Assembly: GCA_965178125.1 (NCBI GenBank)
Contig: OZ237770.1
Coordinates: 1 to 64,000 of the forward strand
Direction: 5' to 3'
DNA from: Bilabrum cf. latius
Taxonomy: Eukaryota
Length of the DNA stretch: 64,000 bases
Position 1 is the first letter of the stretch, and each line of letters begins with the position of its first letter. This document shows, one piece after another, positions 22,354 to 36,100 of this stretch. Under the pieces are notes generated by a model. It had not been told where the DNA came from. It did not search any database and worked only from the letters and a program-made list of their open reading frames with translations. Both the position numbers and the translations under genes were made by a program.

Positions 22354-25096
22354 TCACTGGCAACTTGCCTGCAGATCTAAACAAGTCGGCATGCGTACAG
22401 CACCTCTCTCCCACTTCAGCACGAAGATCTTCTTGGCGGCTGCGAGAGGGAGACCCACGAGTGCATCTGGTGCTTCCTGCACTCCCTCTGTCACTGAGGA
22501 CCGCCTCAGGTAGTAGTGCGGAAAGAGTCCCCCGTCTCCCTCGGCCCTCTTGTCAGAAGGGGCCTCCCAGACCACCCCCGGCGACAGGCTGGCAGTGCCA
22601 GTGCTTGTGCTAGTGCCAGTGCTCGCACCATCGGCTTTAGCCTTGCCGGGCGCACGCAGCCCCGTCATCGCGGGCGACAGGCTGTCGAACTCGATGACGA
22701 TGGACCTCCGCCTCACCTCAGGTGCGGCGTAGAACAGACGGGCTGTGCCCAGCAGCTGCTGCACACTGGAGAGGTGCATGTACCCCGACCCGGAATCAAT
22801 AGGCTGGGGCCGTACCACCCACGGCTCTCCAGCTGACGTAGGAATAGGCCGCACGCTGCTGGGCGCGTGCGAGTCGCCCCCTGTCGCTGGGCCACTGCCA
22901 TCGCTACCGCCACCGGCAGCCTCTGCTTGAAGGGCGACTGCGTCCTTGTCAGCGATGCGGAAGGAGGACCGCAGCCGGCGGGCGGCACTGCTGGGGCCAT
23001 CCACTGCGGACTCGCACACAGCTGTAGGCCCGGCAGGGCTAGCAGCAGCATAGTCTGTACCCTATGTCGGTGGCGAAGCTCTGACTCCCCGACTCTCGCT
23101 CGCAGGACTCGTGCTCCGGTAGGTCACCACGGTCTCCTGCCAGGGCTCGCACCACGCCGCCTGGATCGATGGGTGGGCGGGCGGCATACAGTCCCCGAGC
23201 ATGGACGACGCCTCTTTGTGCACGAGGACGCACGAGTCGTACCGCAGGCGACGGCTCGCGGGGCGTCCATCCCCGCTGGCCTCTCTCTGCAGCGGGTCAG
23301 CCTCCTCCTAGGAGCCTCCGAGAAGTGCTCCTGCCGGGCCCGTGGGCACCATCAGCGGCACCCAGGACCGAGACAGGGCAGTGGTGGCGCGGCTCAGCCC
23401 TTGGCGGACAGTCCACTGGACTCTTGCCTTGCTCGGAGCTGTGCCCGACGGAACATCAGCAGCCTCACACTCGCTCCACTCCTCCATCCCCTCAGGGGTC
23501 GTGCTGGCTGCCGGTGCGGTGACATTGCCATCTGATGTGGCTGACTCTGACCCCGCCGTGGTCGCACGGCCCTAGAAGTCCTTGTGCAGCACGTGCACGT
23601 GTCTGCGCCCGCCAGCGCCAAGCGCTAGGCCGACTACTGTGAGCGACCGACTGCCGTACGGTGGGGTCGAGCGCCCTTCAGGCGCACCTGCCGCAAATGG
23701 ACGGGCCGGCAGTAGGAAGGGCCCGCTCTGGCAGAATTGCTCTGCCTCCTCTCCCACAGGGGACCACCCGAACTCACTGCTCCGTGGAGAGGCTGCCTCG
23801 GGGTCGCTTCCTGCTTCTTGCCCCCCGTTGACTGTGGTGCCAGTGGACAGCATCGGCGGCAGGAGATCCAACAAAATTCTGTGCAGGAGAACGTGCCCGT
23901 CGGCATCACTCTCGTCACCGGTGGCTTCATCCTTTGCCGGGCCAGTGGCTTCATCCTTTGCCTGGCCAGTGGCTTTATCCTTTGCCTGGCCAGCTGTCCT
24001 ATCAGCCTACACGCGGAGAGCAGTCGCCCGCCGCAGTAACTCTCCCCGCAGCACCGCCGTCATCGCCCAGCTGCGGCCCCCCGAGCCCACGTCACCGAGT
24101 GTCGAGTTGCTCAGCACGAGGACCTTTGGGGCTGAATCCTTCCCGGACCTATCAACACCCGACTCGCTAATCGGCATGACGCACATTTTGGAGCCCCCGA
24201 GGGCAGCGAGTCCATCCGTGGAGGAAGCAGTTCGTGCCTCTGCCGCCTCCTAGTCGTGGATGCGTCCATCTGTGGAGGAAGCAGCTCGTGCCTCTGCCGC
24301 CTCCTAGTCGTGGATGCGTCCATCTGCATGGATCGAGAGGAGAACACTGCACCCAGCGCTCTCCCAGGCTGGTGATGCCCCCTTTGACAACCCAACGGCA
24401 GAGCATTGACCTGCAAGGGCAGTCGCAGATTGGTCCCATAGTGACCCGACTTCGTGATGAGACTCTGGCCCAGTCGGGATCTTCGATTCAGTACTAGTAG
24501 GCGGTCGGTTCGATACGAATACCGCTGACGGTCCCCGACACGGCGTGGCAAGACCACCGAGTTTGATTGCATTGAACCCCCCAAACTGCACCCCTTCTTT
24601 GTCATCGTCGTCACTTGGTACCTCGTGCACACCAGCACCGGCACACGCAAGGTCTTTGCATGCCGCAAGGTATGGAACCAGCAGTCCCCTCGATAGCAAA
24701 TTACCAGCAGGGCAAGGCACGCGCGGCACTGCCTTTGACCGTACGTTAGTCAGAGCGCATACGGACCCAGCATTGATGTCCAACCCGATCCAAGTCCCCC
24801 CAACTTTCAAATCTCTCGGACAGAGGAATTTTCTCGTCGTGCCGGCAGGGCCCAGCACCGGCATGTCGCACACTTGCAAGGGGCCAGCTTCTCGTTCCTG
24901 CGAAGGAATGGGTAAATCAAACCGAACATGGATCATGCATTAGTCAAAGGCTTCGCCGAAACCTCACTACCACGGCAAGGGTAACCATAGCGTTTGGTGT
25001 GGAGCAGTGCCCGCTCACGAGAAACTCGTCTCGCAAATGCAGCACAATGGTCGGAATCTTGGGGTGTACATTGAGAACTACGAGAAGCTTGCACAT
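22354..25096 (-). CDS. TANGO2/NRDE-family protein fused to a C-terminal DUF952-like domain
   Basis: NRDE-type motifs are MC...RDEF, RDLKVGGTWIG, LTNVR, SRGLLV, GGFN, LSNSTL and YGSRSLTVV. DUF952-like motifs are GYMHLSSVQQ, VVWE and LFPHYY. After the first intron there is one frame with six TAG and no TAA/TGA until 22354. Confidence 0.78.
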
Positions 25097-25234
25097 TTGT
25101 CTTTAATCTGCCTGTGGGTACTGCCAAAATTTAAACTGCTGCCGGCAATTCCATCTCATTTCATATTTTTGGCCGAACCGGACTCGGATCCAGAATTCAA
25201 TAGTCAACTCCACGAAGTTTTATACGTAGAAAGA

Positions 25235-25964
25235 ATGGAAGGATCCTCTCTTCCAAGCCTGAAAGAACTCGGTACTGGGGGCAGGTACGCTGAAAAGGTC
25301 GCGAAAGCAACAGATCGTCTTCAAAAGGCGCTTGTGAAGCAGCGAGAAGTTGCCCAACGGATGACTGCTATTTTGGATGGCGCAGTGAGCTGACTGGTGC
25401 AGCCGCATCGACCGACACTTCTTGTTTTGGCATCCATAGGTTTATATGATTCTCCTTGCTAAGCCCTTCAGCCAATGTCGCTTGAGCTGAAGTGTCCAGG
25501 CTAGTTGCCCAGCTTGTGTTTCGCAGGAAGGCGCCGTAGAGGCCAGTAGACGAACTTGCAAAAGTCTAGAGGCTGCTATTGCCACTGCAAAGATGCCAGG
25601 CTACTTTTCGCACTACAAACCGCCTGAAGCAGTCGTTTCAGCTGAGAAAGACGGAACTATGCGTAAGCTGTCGAAACAGCTTGCGGCAGCCGAGGAGGAA
25701 TCGCAGAAAGCCTCCCAGGCGCTGGATGCAGCGAAGAAGGAGGCCACTGATCGCGCTGCTGCCGATGCTCGCAGGGCGCAGGAGGGTCACGGCGCTGGCA
25801 GGAGCCTCAAGGACTGGCTCCGGGTGAACGGGCACCCGCGTGCTCCAGCCGAGGGCATGCTCAGTACGTTGGAGCCATCCGGCCGAGTATATGGCGGTGG
25901 GAAGCACATGGGTCCGTTTCGAAGCGTCGCTGTGTCGATGAAGCATGGCAGGGTGACGAGATGA
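25235..25964 (+). CDS. Hypothetical protein, two predicted exons
   Basis: ATG at 25235, a gtgag donor near 25385 and a ttcgcag acceptor near 25526 join in frame to ORF 25593-25964 (TGA). I recognised no domain. Confidence 0.55.
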
Positions 25965-26536
25965 AGCGCAATCAAAAGCCGCCACCAGGCACATTGGGCA
26001 TAGAAGGCGCCGTGGTGACCTCTCGCAAGAGCATCCGAGGTTCTAAGAGGTCAATGCATAGCGGTGGCTGGGCTGCAGTTCCGGAGTGGGCCCGCGCTGT
26101 GCCAAGGGGTGCGCAGCTAGGCCTAGCACCGCCTTCCATGCCGTATTCGATGCCACCACGTTCAGTGGCAGTGAGGGTTCAAGGTCATGCGCGCAGTATG
26201 TTGGATCAGGATGTCACGGCGGGGGGTTGGGGGTGCGGGGGAAGGGTGGCTGTCACACCTTCCACATCACGATGCAAGCAACGCACATCACAACGCAGCT
26301 CAGCCCGGCGGTGGCGATACCCACGGCTGTGGTGCACGCAACAGGACAATGGCAAGTAGTGGAGTTAGGTTTAAAATTGGCACCGAATTTCGTATCTATC
26401 ACATTGAAGTTGCGTCATGTTGTACGCACGCACACACGCATCAGATCACGGTGGCACTCATCACAGTGCGTTGGGGCTGATCAGCATCACGCTGACGCCA
26501 GCCACGCCCCATTACTGTTTCACGAAAAGCTGGTGC

Positions 26537-28499
26537 ATGCAATCTGACGCGACTCTGTCAGAGTTCATTAAGAGCAAGGTAGACTCAGCTTCTCCGGTCG
26601 AGTACCACAGATGGATTCTAGTAAGAGTGGCATAAGTTCGAGTTGCCTGGAGTTGCAGTATTGCAGCCTAGTTGCTTCCTGAAACCGACCTGACCTGGTT
26701 CTTGCAGGAGTAGCGAGGGTGGGATAGCAGATATTACGATTCCAGAAAAGCTTTTAGAAGCATTGGTGGTAAATCTATCCCTGATGGCAGGCTGGCAGGT
26801 GCTGGCGGTGCCGGGTATACGCTGGACCTGCTTCGGGCAGTCGCAGCAGATGACTTTGCGGCCATCAGCAAAGCTCTTCAGAATGGCATGGATCCAAATA
26901 CTAGAAATGAGTTTGGTCACGCTGTGAGTACCGTCTAAGACGCAGCAGAGTGGCCCAAAGTTGCAGGTTGGCGGAATTTGGCCACACCACGTCACTACGT
27001 CTCCAGCTGCCTCGCCCTCTTTGAGTTCTTTTCGTCTTTATCATCATGGCGCACAGCAGGCAATTGCTCAGTGGGGTTCACGTAGTTGGCTTGTTTTCCT
27101 TCAGGTACAGCACACGTGCTTGGCCATGATTAGTGCCCACTTTTACTTTCCGCCGCAGCTGTTGCATCATGCCGCAAGGCATGGGTCGACTCGTGTTCTG
27201 AGAGCTTTGCTCCATGCCGGCGCTACTGTGCACGTCGCAGATGCAAGCGGAAAGACGCCCCTGCACGACGCCTGCTGGGGCACTGGCGGGGGCCCAAATC
27301 TGGAGGCCGCCTCGCTGCTGCTGGACGCATCCGAGGCGCTGGCTAGGGGTCTAGACCGGCTGGGTGCATCTCCACTTGAGTACATACCCAAGGGTCAGTT
27401 CCCCGTGTGGATGCTGCACCTGAGCCGCAACAGGAACAAGTGGTGGGCGCCCCACCCTCACAGGGCCAGAGGACCCCCTTGCAGGTTCGCTGAAACGGCC
27501 CCCCGCCGATTGCACGCCACTACCAGGAGCAGCACGCCACCCCCCCGCGCATAGTCGGGTGTAGCCGACGTCAAGAGACCATTACCGCCCCCGGCATGTG
27601 GCAGCAGCAGCAGCAGCAGCAGCAGAAGCAGTAGCAGTAGCAGCAGCCGTCCCGAGCTGCCTGCATCAGTGGGGCACCTGCTGGCCGTGGCTCCCGCTGG
27701 AGTGGAAGCAAGGGGGTCAGCGGGGCTGGGGGAGGGGAGTGCTGCTGCCGGGGTGCCATCATGGGCTCCGCCCGAGTCAGTGTCCGTGTCTGATCGGCTG
27801 CAGGTGGCCTCTGGAGGACACCTGAGAGCTCCGGCAGGCGGGGCGAAGCAGGGTCCACACATATCGCCTATGGCTAGCACTGCCAGCCGATCGCGTGCAC
27901 ATGATTCCGACAGTAGATGCACATGCAAGTGCAGACTGAGCAGCGCTGCCTCTGCCTGTGGGCACGAGTCTCGCTGCTCGGGCTGGGGCGGTGACGGTTC
28001 GTCGCAGGTGGGCATGGAGTCTGGCGAGGACCTGGCTGCGGGGCATCGCGGCGGCTAGCGGGCTGCATCGCGAGCGATGTCTTCATCAACCGTTGGAACG
28101 CCCGACGCCGGCCAGGCTATTGATGCCTCGAACGGATGCGGCTCGCGATCCACCGGGTCTGGTGATTCGTTGCCTGGCGTTGATAACAGCCTGGAGACCG
28201 AGAGGTGCCGCCGTGACGCTGTGAGACCACTGCACGGCGAGGGAGTTCGATCCAGCAGACTTAGCAGGGCGCCATCGGGTATGGTTGACCAGCTCGCAGG
28301 CACGAGTGGTCACGACCCAGGATCACCCCAAATGCAGTGGCAGCATGGGTGCCTCGTTCCTAGCCACATGGATAGGAGCCCTATGCGATAGTCATACAGC
28401 GCTCAAAGAGCTGTCCTTGGCCGCAGCCGGTGGGCATCAGCGCCAAGTGTGGCAGAAAGGCGACCGGCGTCGGCCTCAGTGCGAATGCAAGAGGACTGA
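26537..28499 (+). CDS. Ankyrin-repeat protein with a low-complexity tail
   Basis: Ankyrin motifs GMDPNTRNEFG/LLHHAARHG and ADASGKTPLHDACW, with two predicted introns. The tail is joined through TAG at 27552, 28056 and 28389 to TGA at 28497. Confidence 0.72.
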
Positions 28500-28718
28500 C
28501 CGTCCGACCGCTACTATTTCGAGGCAATAGCACCAAACAAATCTAGGAGTTCTTAGATTTAGTTTAACGCTACTGATTTCCACGGGAAAAGAAAGGATAG
28601 CACCAAAGTTTGCAGAAGAAGCCTCGAACGAATTTCAAACGAGATTTTGTAACGTTAAGGATCGGATGTCTTGACCACCAATCCTGTATCGTAACAATTC
28701 GTTGATACCAGGGTAACC

Positions 28719-29260
28719 ATGGCCGGCAAGGGAGGCAAGAAGACCGAGTTTCGGTACACTGTTGATCTTACTCAGTTGACTGCTGACGAGAAAGTGGTGG
28801 ACCCCGCTGAGTTTGTGAGCATGAAGCACCGGCCTGGTTGCTTTAGTGCAATCCCCCGCTCAACCTGCACAACTGCATGTGTTAGCCTGCATACAATGCA
28901 TATTTGGTATACAAGATGTAGCTCTTACACAATCGTGGGCTTAGGTACACTTGGATTTGTCCGTCTATGTCGTTCAACCGCCACCCTCATCACCTTTACT
29001 GTTCACAGGCTGACTACTTGTCAGCAAGGATTAAGATCAACGGCAAGGTTGGAGGCATTGAAGCAGCTGGTGTTGCCGTAGCAAGCACCGGCAGCTCGGT
29101 CTCTGTGGGCGGCTCCAAGCCTGCGACCGGCAGCGCCCCTGTTAGCAAGAGGTACATCAAGTACCTCACCAAGAAGTTCTTGCAGAAAGAGCAGGTTCGT
29201 GAGCACGTGCGAGTCATCGCTGACGGCAAGAACGACTATGTCGTAAAGACCATCGAGTGA
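28719..29260 (+). CDS. RPL22: 60S ribosomal protein eL22 (divergent)
   Basis: Motifs YLSARIKINGKVG and SKRYIKYLTKKFL. Intron 28815-29008; ends TGA. Confidence 0.88.
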
Positions 29261-29502
29261 ACTGTCTCGATAATAGTTGTGGCTCGTGGGCACCGCTGTG
29301 TTCGCCTTTGTGATTGATGCGGCAAGAGAATTGCTTTCGAGTCAAACGTTGCAATTTAGCATAGCACATTTCTCAAAATTGGCGCGGTGTAAATGCCTGC
29401 TAGGCTGCGCGGTAGAATGCCAGAATGCTGAGCTGGCTTCGCCCTGGTCCTGCAGCGGGTGCGCCAGATTCAGAATGTGCCGTGCCGGTGGATCTTCTTC
29501 CA

Positions 29503-30693
<1,191 letters not shown>

Positions 30694-31081
30694 AACTTCT
30701 AGTACTTGGTTGCAAGTCTATGATTGCCGCAAGAATATCAACCTCTTCTCGCCGCAGCTATTTGATGGCCCTATGTACAGCTAGTTCTCCCACTGCCCAC
30801 GTCTATGCTGCTGCTCTGTATGTCAAAGGAATATATATTGGGATTAACCCACCTCAAGTACAACGAATGGTAGTTTCCACTTACCTCTTTTTGGTTCTTC
30901 ATTAAAACCATTCTGGCTCCGGATTTGATTCAGCAGTGCACCCGTCACCATGCATCTCAATTGATTCTATCCAATCGAGTGGTGTAGAGTCTTTCATTGT
31001 ACATAAATCTCCGTCACCAGACGCATCTGGTCAGATATTGAATGGTTAAAGCCTGATTTAGCTTGATCTACTTCAGAAAGA

Positions 31082-33163
31082 ATGGGATTGTGCGGCTCCC
31101 ATGTACCTGATCCATCGAGCTCAGGTCATGGGTTAGGTGTGCAGGCTGAAGCTTTCAGTGGCCCAGCAGGACATAACGTGGGGAAATCCGATACTTACAG
31201 GCCTGCAACGGTAGGCAGTACCATGACTAAGTAGCCTGTACTAGAGTTACAGAATGGGAAGAGCGCATCCACAAGAGCTTGTCAAGCGCCATCATCAACC
31301 GCTTCACCGGTGCATGAAGACGGTAGCACGAAATATGACATTGCAACGCGCGAAAGCTCTTCGCAGTCGTCTCACGGTGTGGATGACCAGGACGTGGACG
31401 TGGATGTTTAGGTTCAGTTGGGAACCGGTCGCGAACAACGACGCAGCTCTGAAGCTTCAAGGGGAGTGAGCTTCGCAGACGATGCCGATTCACAGTGGTC
31501 CAGTGGGTCTGGTCCGCAGCGACAAGACCCGTTCAGCCCTTCGTCGGGAGGCCCTGGCGCGTCATTGCATGGCCAACAGAGACCGCCAGCCGTGCGCGAG
31601 GGCAGCATGGCCAGTGCCACCACAACCGGCACTGGAGCGGCCATGAAACGCTTCGCGGGGTGGGGTGCACTTGGGTCCGCTGTGACAGGCACGATTGGAG
31701 ACGAATCGTTTGGCGGCCCCGCTGCGGTGTGGAGGCACGCGGCTGACAGGGACCGCCAGGGTGGCCTGGGCGACACTGGCAACGAGAAAGGCTCGGCTGC
31801 ACCGTCAACTGCAGCTGATGCAGGGGGTATTCATATCGCCGGGCCAGCAGTGGCACCCGAGGCACCCGGTATCGCACCATCGGGGCCATCAGGGCCAACG
31901 AGTGACGCCGGTAGCTCTGGATCTGGATCAGCACCAGTGGGCGTGTGGGAGGGCTGCACCGAAAGTGGTGCCCGACTGGTCGCTGAGGCCGTTCCGAGCG
32001 GAACCGAAGCCGCGTCGGGGTCGGAGGTGCATTGGCGACTGGGAAGAGAGGTAGGCAGGGGGGCGAACGGCGCGGTGTACGAAGGGCTAAACGACTCAAC
32101 CGGGGAGAAGTTTGCTGTGAAGGTGCTTCGGGTTGACGTTGGAGGTGCGGCAGCATCTGCTGGTGGCGAGTCAAGTCTCGAGCTTGAAGCAGTGCGCAGG
32201 GAGGTGCAGGCTTTGCGGCCCCTCGCACATGCTAATGTCGTCAGGTATCTCGGCACAGAGTTCATTGACGGATAGCTGCTTGTATTCATGGAGTACTGCT
32301 CTGGAGGGTCGCTTCTTGAGCTTCTGGCAAGCTTTGGAGGCAGGTTGCCCGAAGAGGTAGTTTGCCGCATTGGCTCCCAGGTTTTGAAGGGCTTGCAATA
32401 CCTCCATAGACATGGAGTAACGCATTGCGATCTGAAGCCGGCCAATGTCATGATCGGTAGCAACCAAGTCGTAAAAATTGCGGATTTTGGAACCGCAATA
32501 TCTCGGGGGTCCAGGGAGGCCCAGGAGGTGTAGACAGGCTCCTCCGAGCCTACACAAGGTAAGGAAAGCCAACTCCGCGGCACGCCGTATTTTATGAGTC
32601 CGGAGGTATTGCGCGGTGAAGAACCAAACCAAGGTGCAGATATTTGGGCCTTTGGTGCTACTCTGTTCTATCTTTTGACTGGAAGACCACCCTGGACGGA
32701 ATTTGGCGCGACATCTTTTCCCTAGTTTCGAGCAGCTTTGTTAGATGCTTTAGCTTCGAATAAAAGTCTTGTTCCGGCTGCTGAATCAAGTGTTGCGATG
32801 CTTCCTGCCCTATGGAATGTAGTGAAGTCATGTATGATTGGGAATTCTGCTGAGAGACCAACTGCAGCCTAGTTACTTGTTGCCATACCATTTAAGTTAT
32901 CTGTTTCTGATGCACCTGAAACTAGGTCAACGGTGGAAATGAGGTTTTAGCTGGTTAGAGGTGCTACCTTAACACCGAGTGTAGAAGCTAGCACAGGGAC
33001 CAGTATAGGGATCACTAGTGAGGGTGAAAGCTTGGCTGGAATCGTGGCACAGGCAAACTCAAATAACTTCCCGAAAACTAGAGGTTCAAATCCAAAATTC
33101 AAAGCTTATAAGTAGGATGGATAGGCTAGTGCTTTAGAGGATGTCAGTGAAGGGGTAGACTGA
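31082..33163 (+). CDS. Ser/Thr protein kinase, STE11/MEKK-like (693 aa with TAG=Gln)
   Basis: Motifs GRGANG, FAVK, MEYCSGGS, HCDLKPANV, DFG, GTPYFMSPE, DIWAFG and RPTAA*LL lie in one frame with only TAG interruptions until TGA at 33161. The N-terminus is MGLCGS. Confidence 0.88.
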
Positions 33164-33181
33164 TAAAATAATGCTTAGAAC

Positions 33182-36100
33182 TCAAAGAAGTCTCATTTGT
33201 AAAATAAAACGAAGTCCGCGAGAAAATGCTTTTGCCTAGGATCCATCTAGAATTGCGAACTACTGCCACCCCCAACTCATTTCATGTCCTAGTCCAAATG
33301 TTTTTCCTGTCAATGATCGTCCACAAACGCTTTGCGGAAAAACTGATCCTGGAGATCCGCATAGCCTGATAGAAAACGACACAGTCCGTGCCACCCGATT
33401 ATCAAGTTGGTTATGGTCTACACTGTCAAGTCGCAAGAAAACAGAAAGGCCAAACTGACATGTAGCAGTTATATAGAAACGCTTGGCATCAACAAACCAA
33501 GTAGAGCCGAACATAGACACTGGTTGACTTGTACACATTAACTCCGCCAATCTCGGATCAGATGGATGCAGCCTTGATAAAGCTAATATAACCTCTGCGG
33601 AAGGTACAATATCATCAATCAAGACACTAACTCTACACGGTTCCATGCCATGCACGTCCTGAGATAAATCTTCTGCTTCACTAGAAGCTCCAACTACTTC
33701 TGGACCACATGTAAGATCACGGATTGCTGTAGAACTGCCAGCTACGCAATCGAGAAGTGCATTGCTTGATTGCTACCAAGACTGAGATAAGGACGAAGCT
33801 TCACAATCATCCTTAAGCAGACTTGAGTTATCTGACTTTCCTATGGACCGATCATGCTCATCAGCAGAACTGAAGCCCTCCGCTAATACTAGTTGCCAGT
33901 TCGAACGCATTGGATTACTTCTGCTGCTTCTGTCTGTAGCCCATAACCTTAAAACCTCGATCAAAGGTTGCTGGAGTTCGGGATCTCGCTAAGTAACATA
34001 CATTGATGACTCTACTGCCTGAGAGCCGCGCATCAATGCAGCCTCTTCCACACCTAAGGTCTGTAATTTTCCGATAGCCTTCACAGCTAACTAAACTTCT
34101 GTGGAGAACCGAACCATGGATCGATCTATGACTTTCTACAGATCCTGAGATTTGCAATCCAACGCCATCAAGGACAAATAGAAAACTAGCATTGAGTTAG
34201 GTCGAGAGGCTGCAACCGTTGGGTGCGTTCCTGAGAGCACCACATATATCTCTACACAAGGATGCATCCGAATATCATCTAGAACAACATTCTCAACTTC
34301 AAATAGTTGCAAAATACTCTCAGCTTCATGAAAGTGGTCAACTACAGCTTCTACAGCTTGGACTAGCTTCGATACCAATAGGTGCACTGCGAAATATCAC
34401 ATAGCAATTCCAATGAAATTTAAAGTCCTATTAATCTTCTGCAGGCTTACTAATCGTTGACTTAAGAACTCACCTTCGGCTTGACTTGTTGCGGAAGCCT
34501 TGAGACGTCGACGCTTGGGTTGATCAGTGTGGGGTTCGCTTGCACGCTTTCGCTTGATAGACAGACTGCTCGAACGGCTACCACTGCTACTTGATCTTGA
34601 CTCGGATGATGATGACCCATCCCCAGTGCTTCTTCCGGAGCTTGGCGATCTCGAAGATATCCTCGCCGTTGGGCTGTGCTCTGACTGGTCATGATCACTA
34701 TCACTAGATCCAAGAGAAGCGAGCTGTACTTCAACACATGGTGCTACCTGCAAAAAAGCAGCAGTAAGAGTTGGGCAGCAGACAGAAGCAGGCAATACAT
34801 TGACCTTAGCTTGCATAGGGCATTTCGCCGATGGTTGGTCGTGCAGTCGTATGCTCACCTGTACCTGTGTAGACACGCGCGGGTCCGTTGGTGCCTCAGG
34901 GAGCACATCGGCTGGTTCGTCAGGCCTTGATTGCATCGCTGCCTAGGATGCTATTGCGGCTTGACCAGGGGAGGACGCCGGCCCAAGTGCAGGCCCGAAG
35001 CTGGACTGCATGATGGCCCCCGGCAGCCGCCCCGAGCCCATGGAGCCCACGGCCTCGCCCGCCCGACGCCCGCTGGACACCGAGGAGCGGCCGCGCCGCA
35101 CATGGGAAGATCCAGATTCGGACCCGGAGCCAGAGCCGCTTCCCACCGAACCGCCGTCCGCGGCAACGGCCCCAGCGACTACTCCGCCTGCCACCTGGGC
35201 CCGTCTCCAGAGTGCAGCTCGCCCCCCACTGGCTCGCCTCCCGGACGACCCCTTGCTGCTCCCGGCGCCGATCGCCACGGAGTCTCCCTCCGGTCCCGAG
35301 CCGCTCCCAGTTGCTCGCGGGGAAGCTGCCCGGGAAGGTGCATCGCACGATGGCGCTCGTGTACCAGCATGGGACGGGTCCCCGAGATGCACAGGGTGCT
35401 GACTAGACCCGGAAACGCCTGCACCATCTTGCGATACACTTCTGCTGCTGCCACCACTGCCCATACCTTCCATTGCCCCAGTCCCGGCCTCCGCGCCGAC
35501 CCTCTTTCTGCCCCTCTTCTTCTCCTTCTACTTCTCCTACTCCCATGTGGCTGTCCTGCCCCGCGGACCCGCCAGCCGCCACTGCCTCCCTCCGCTGAAC
35601 CAGCCCCTGCCTGCGCCGGTCGCAGTGGACCCTGCCGTACCGCTCTTCATCTTCATTTCTCTAATCTCCCTGCTGGCCTCAATCACGTCCTGCAGCGTCG
35701 GCACTCGGCCCCCCTGCGCCTCGACCGCCGCGGCTGTGTCGATCGCATCCCTCAGCAACGCCTGGATAGCGGCTTCTTCTTCATCTTCAATTTTGATGCA
35801 CGACTCGTCACCTAACTGGGCCATGCCGGCGGCTGTGCCCCACCCACCAGCACGACCAGTTGCCACCGCCTTGACCCCACAGAACCCCCCGGGAATATCC
35901 CCCCCTCCCATGGCTGCGGTCATGGCACGCTTAAGCCGCTTGGCGTGCCGCTGTTCCCCAGCGATTCGTTCCCGCGCGATCTTGAGGGTTTCCAGCGCAT
36001 GCAGCCCGCGCGTCCCGTCGTCACTGAACCATGACTCGGGCGAGGTGTAGAGTCGGGCAAGGAGAGGTGGCGTGCTGCAGGGGAGGAGGTAGAGGTGGGG

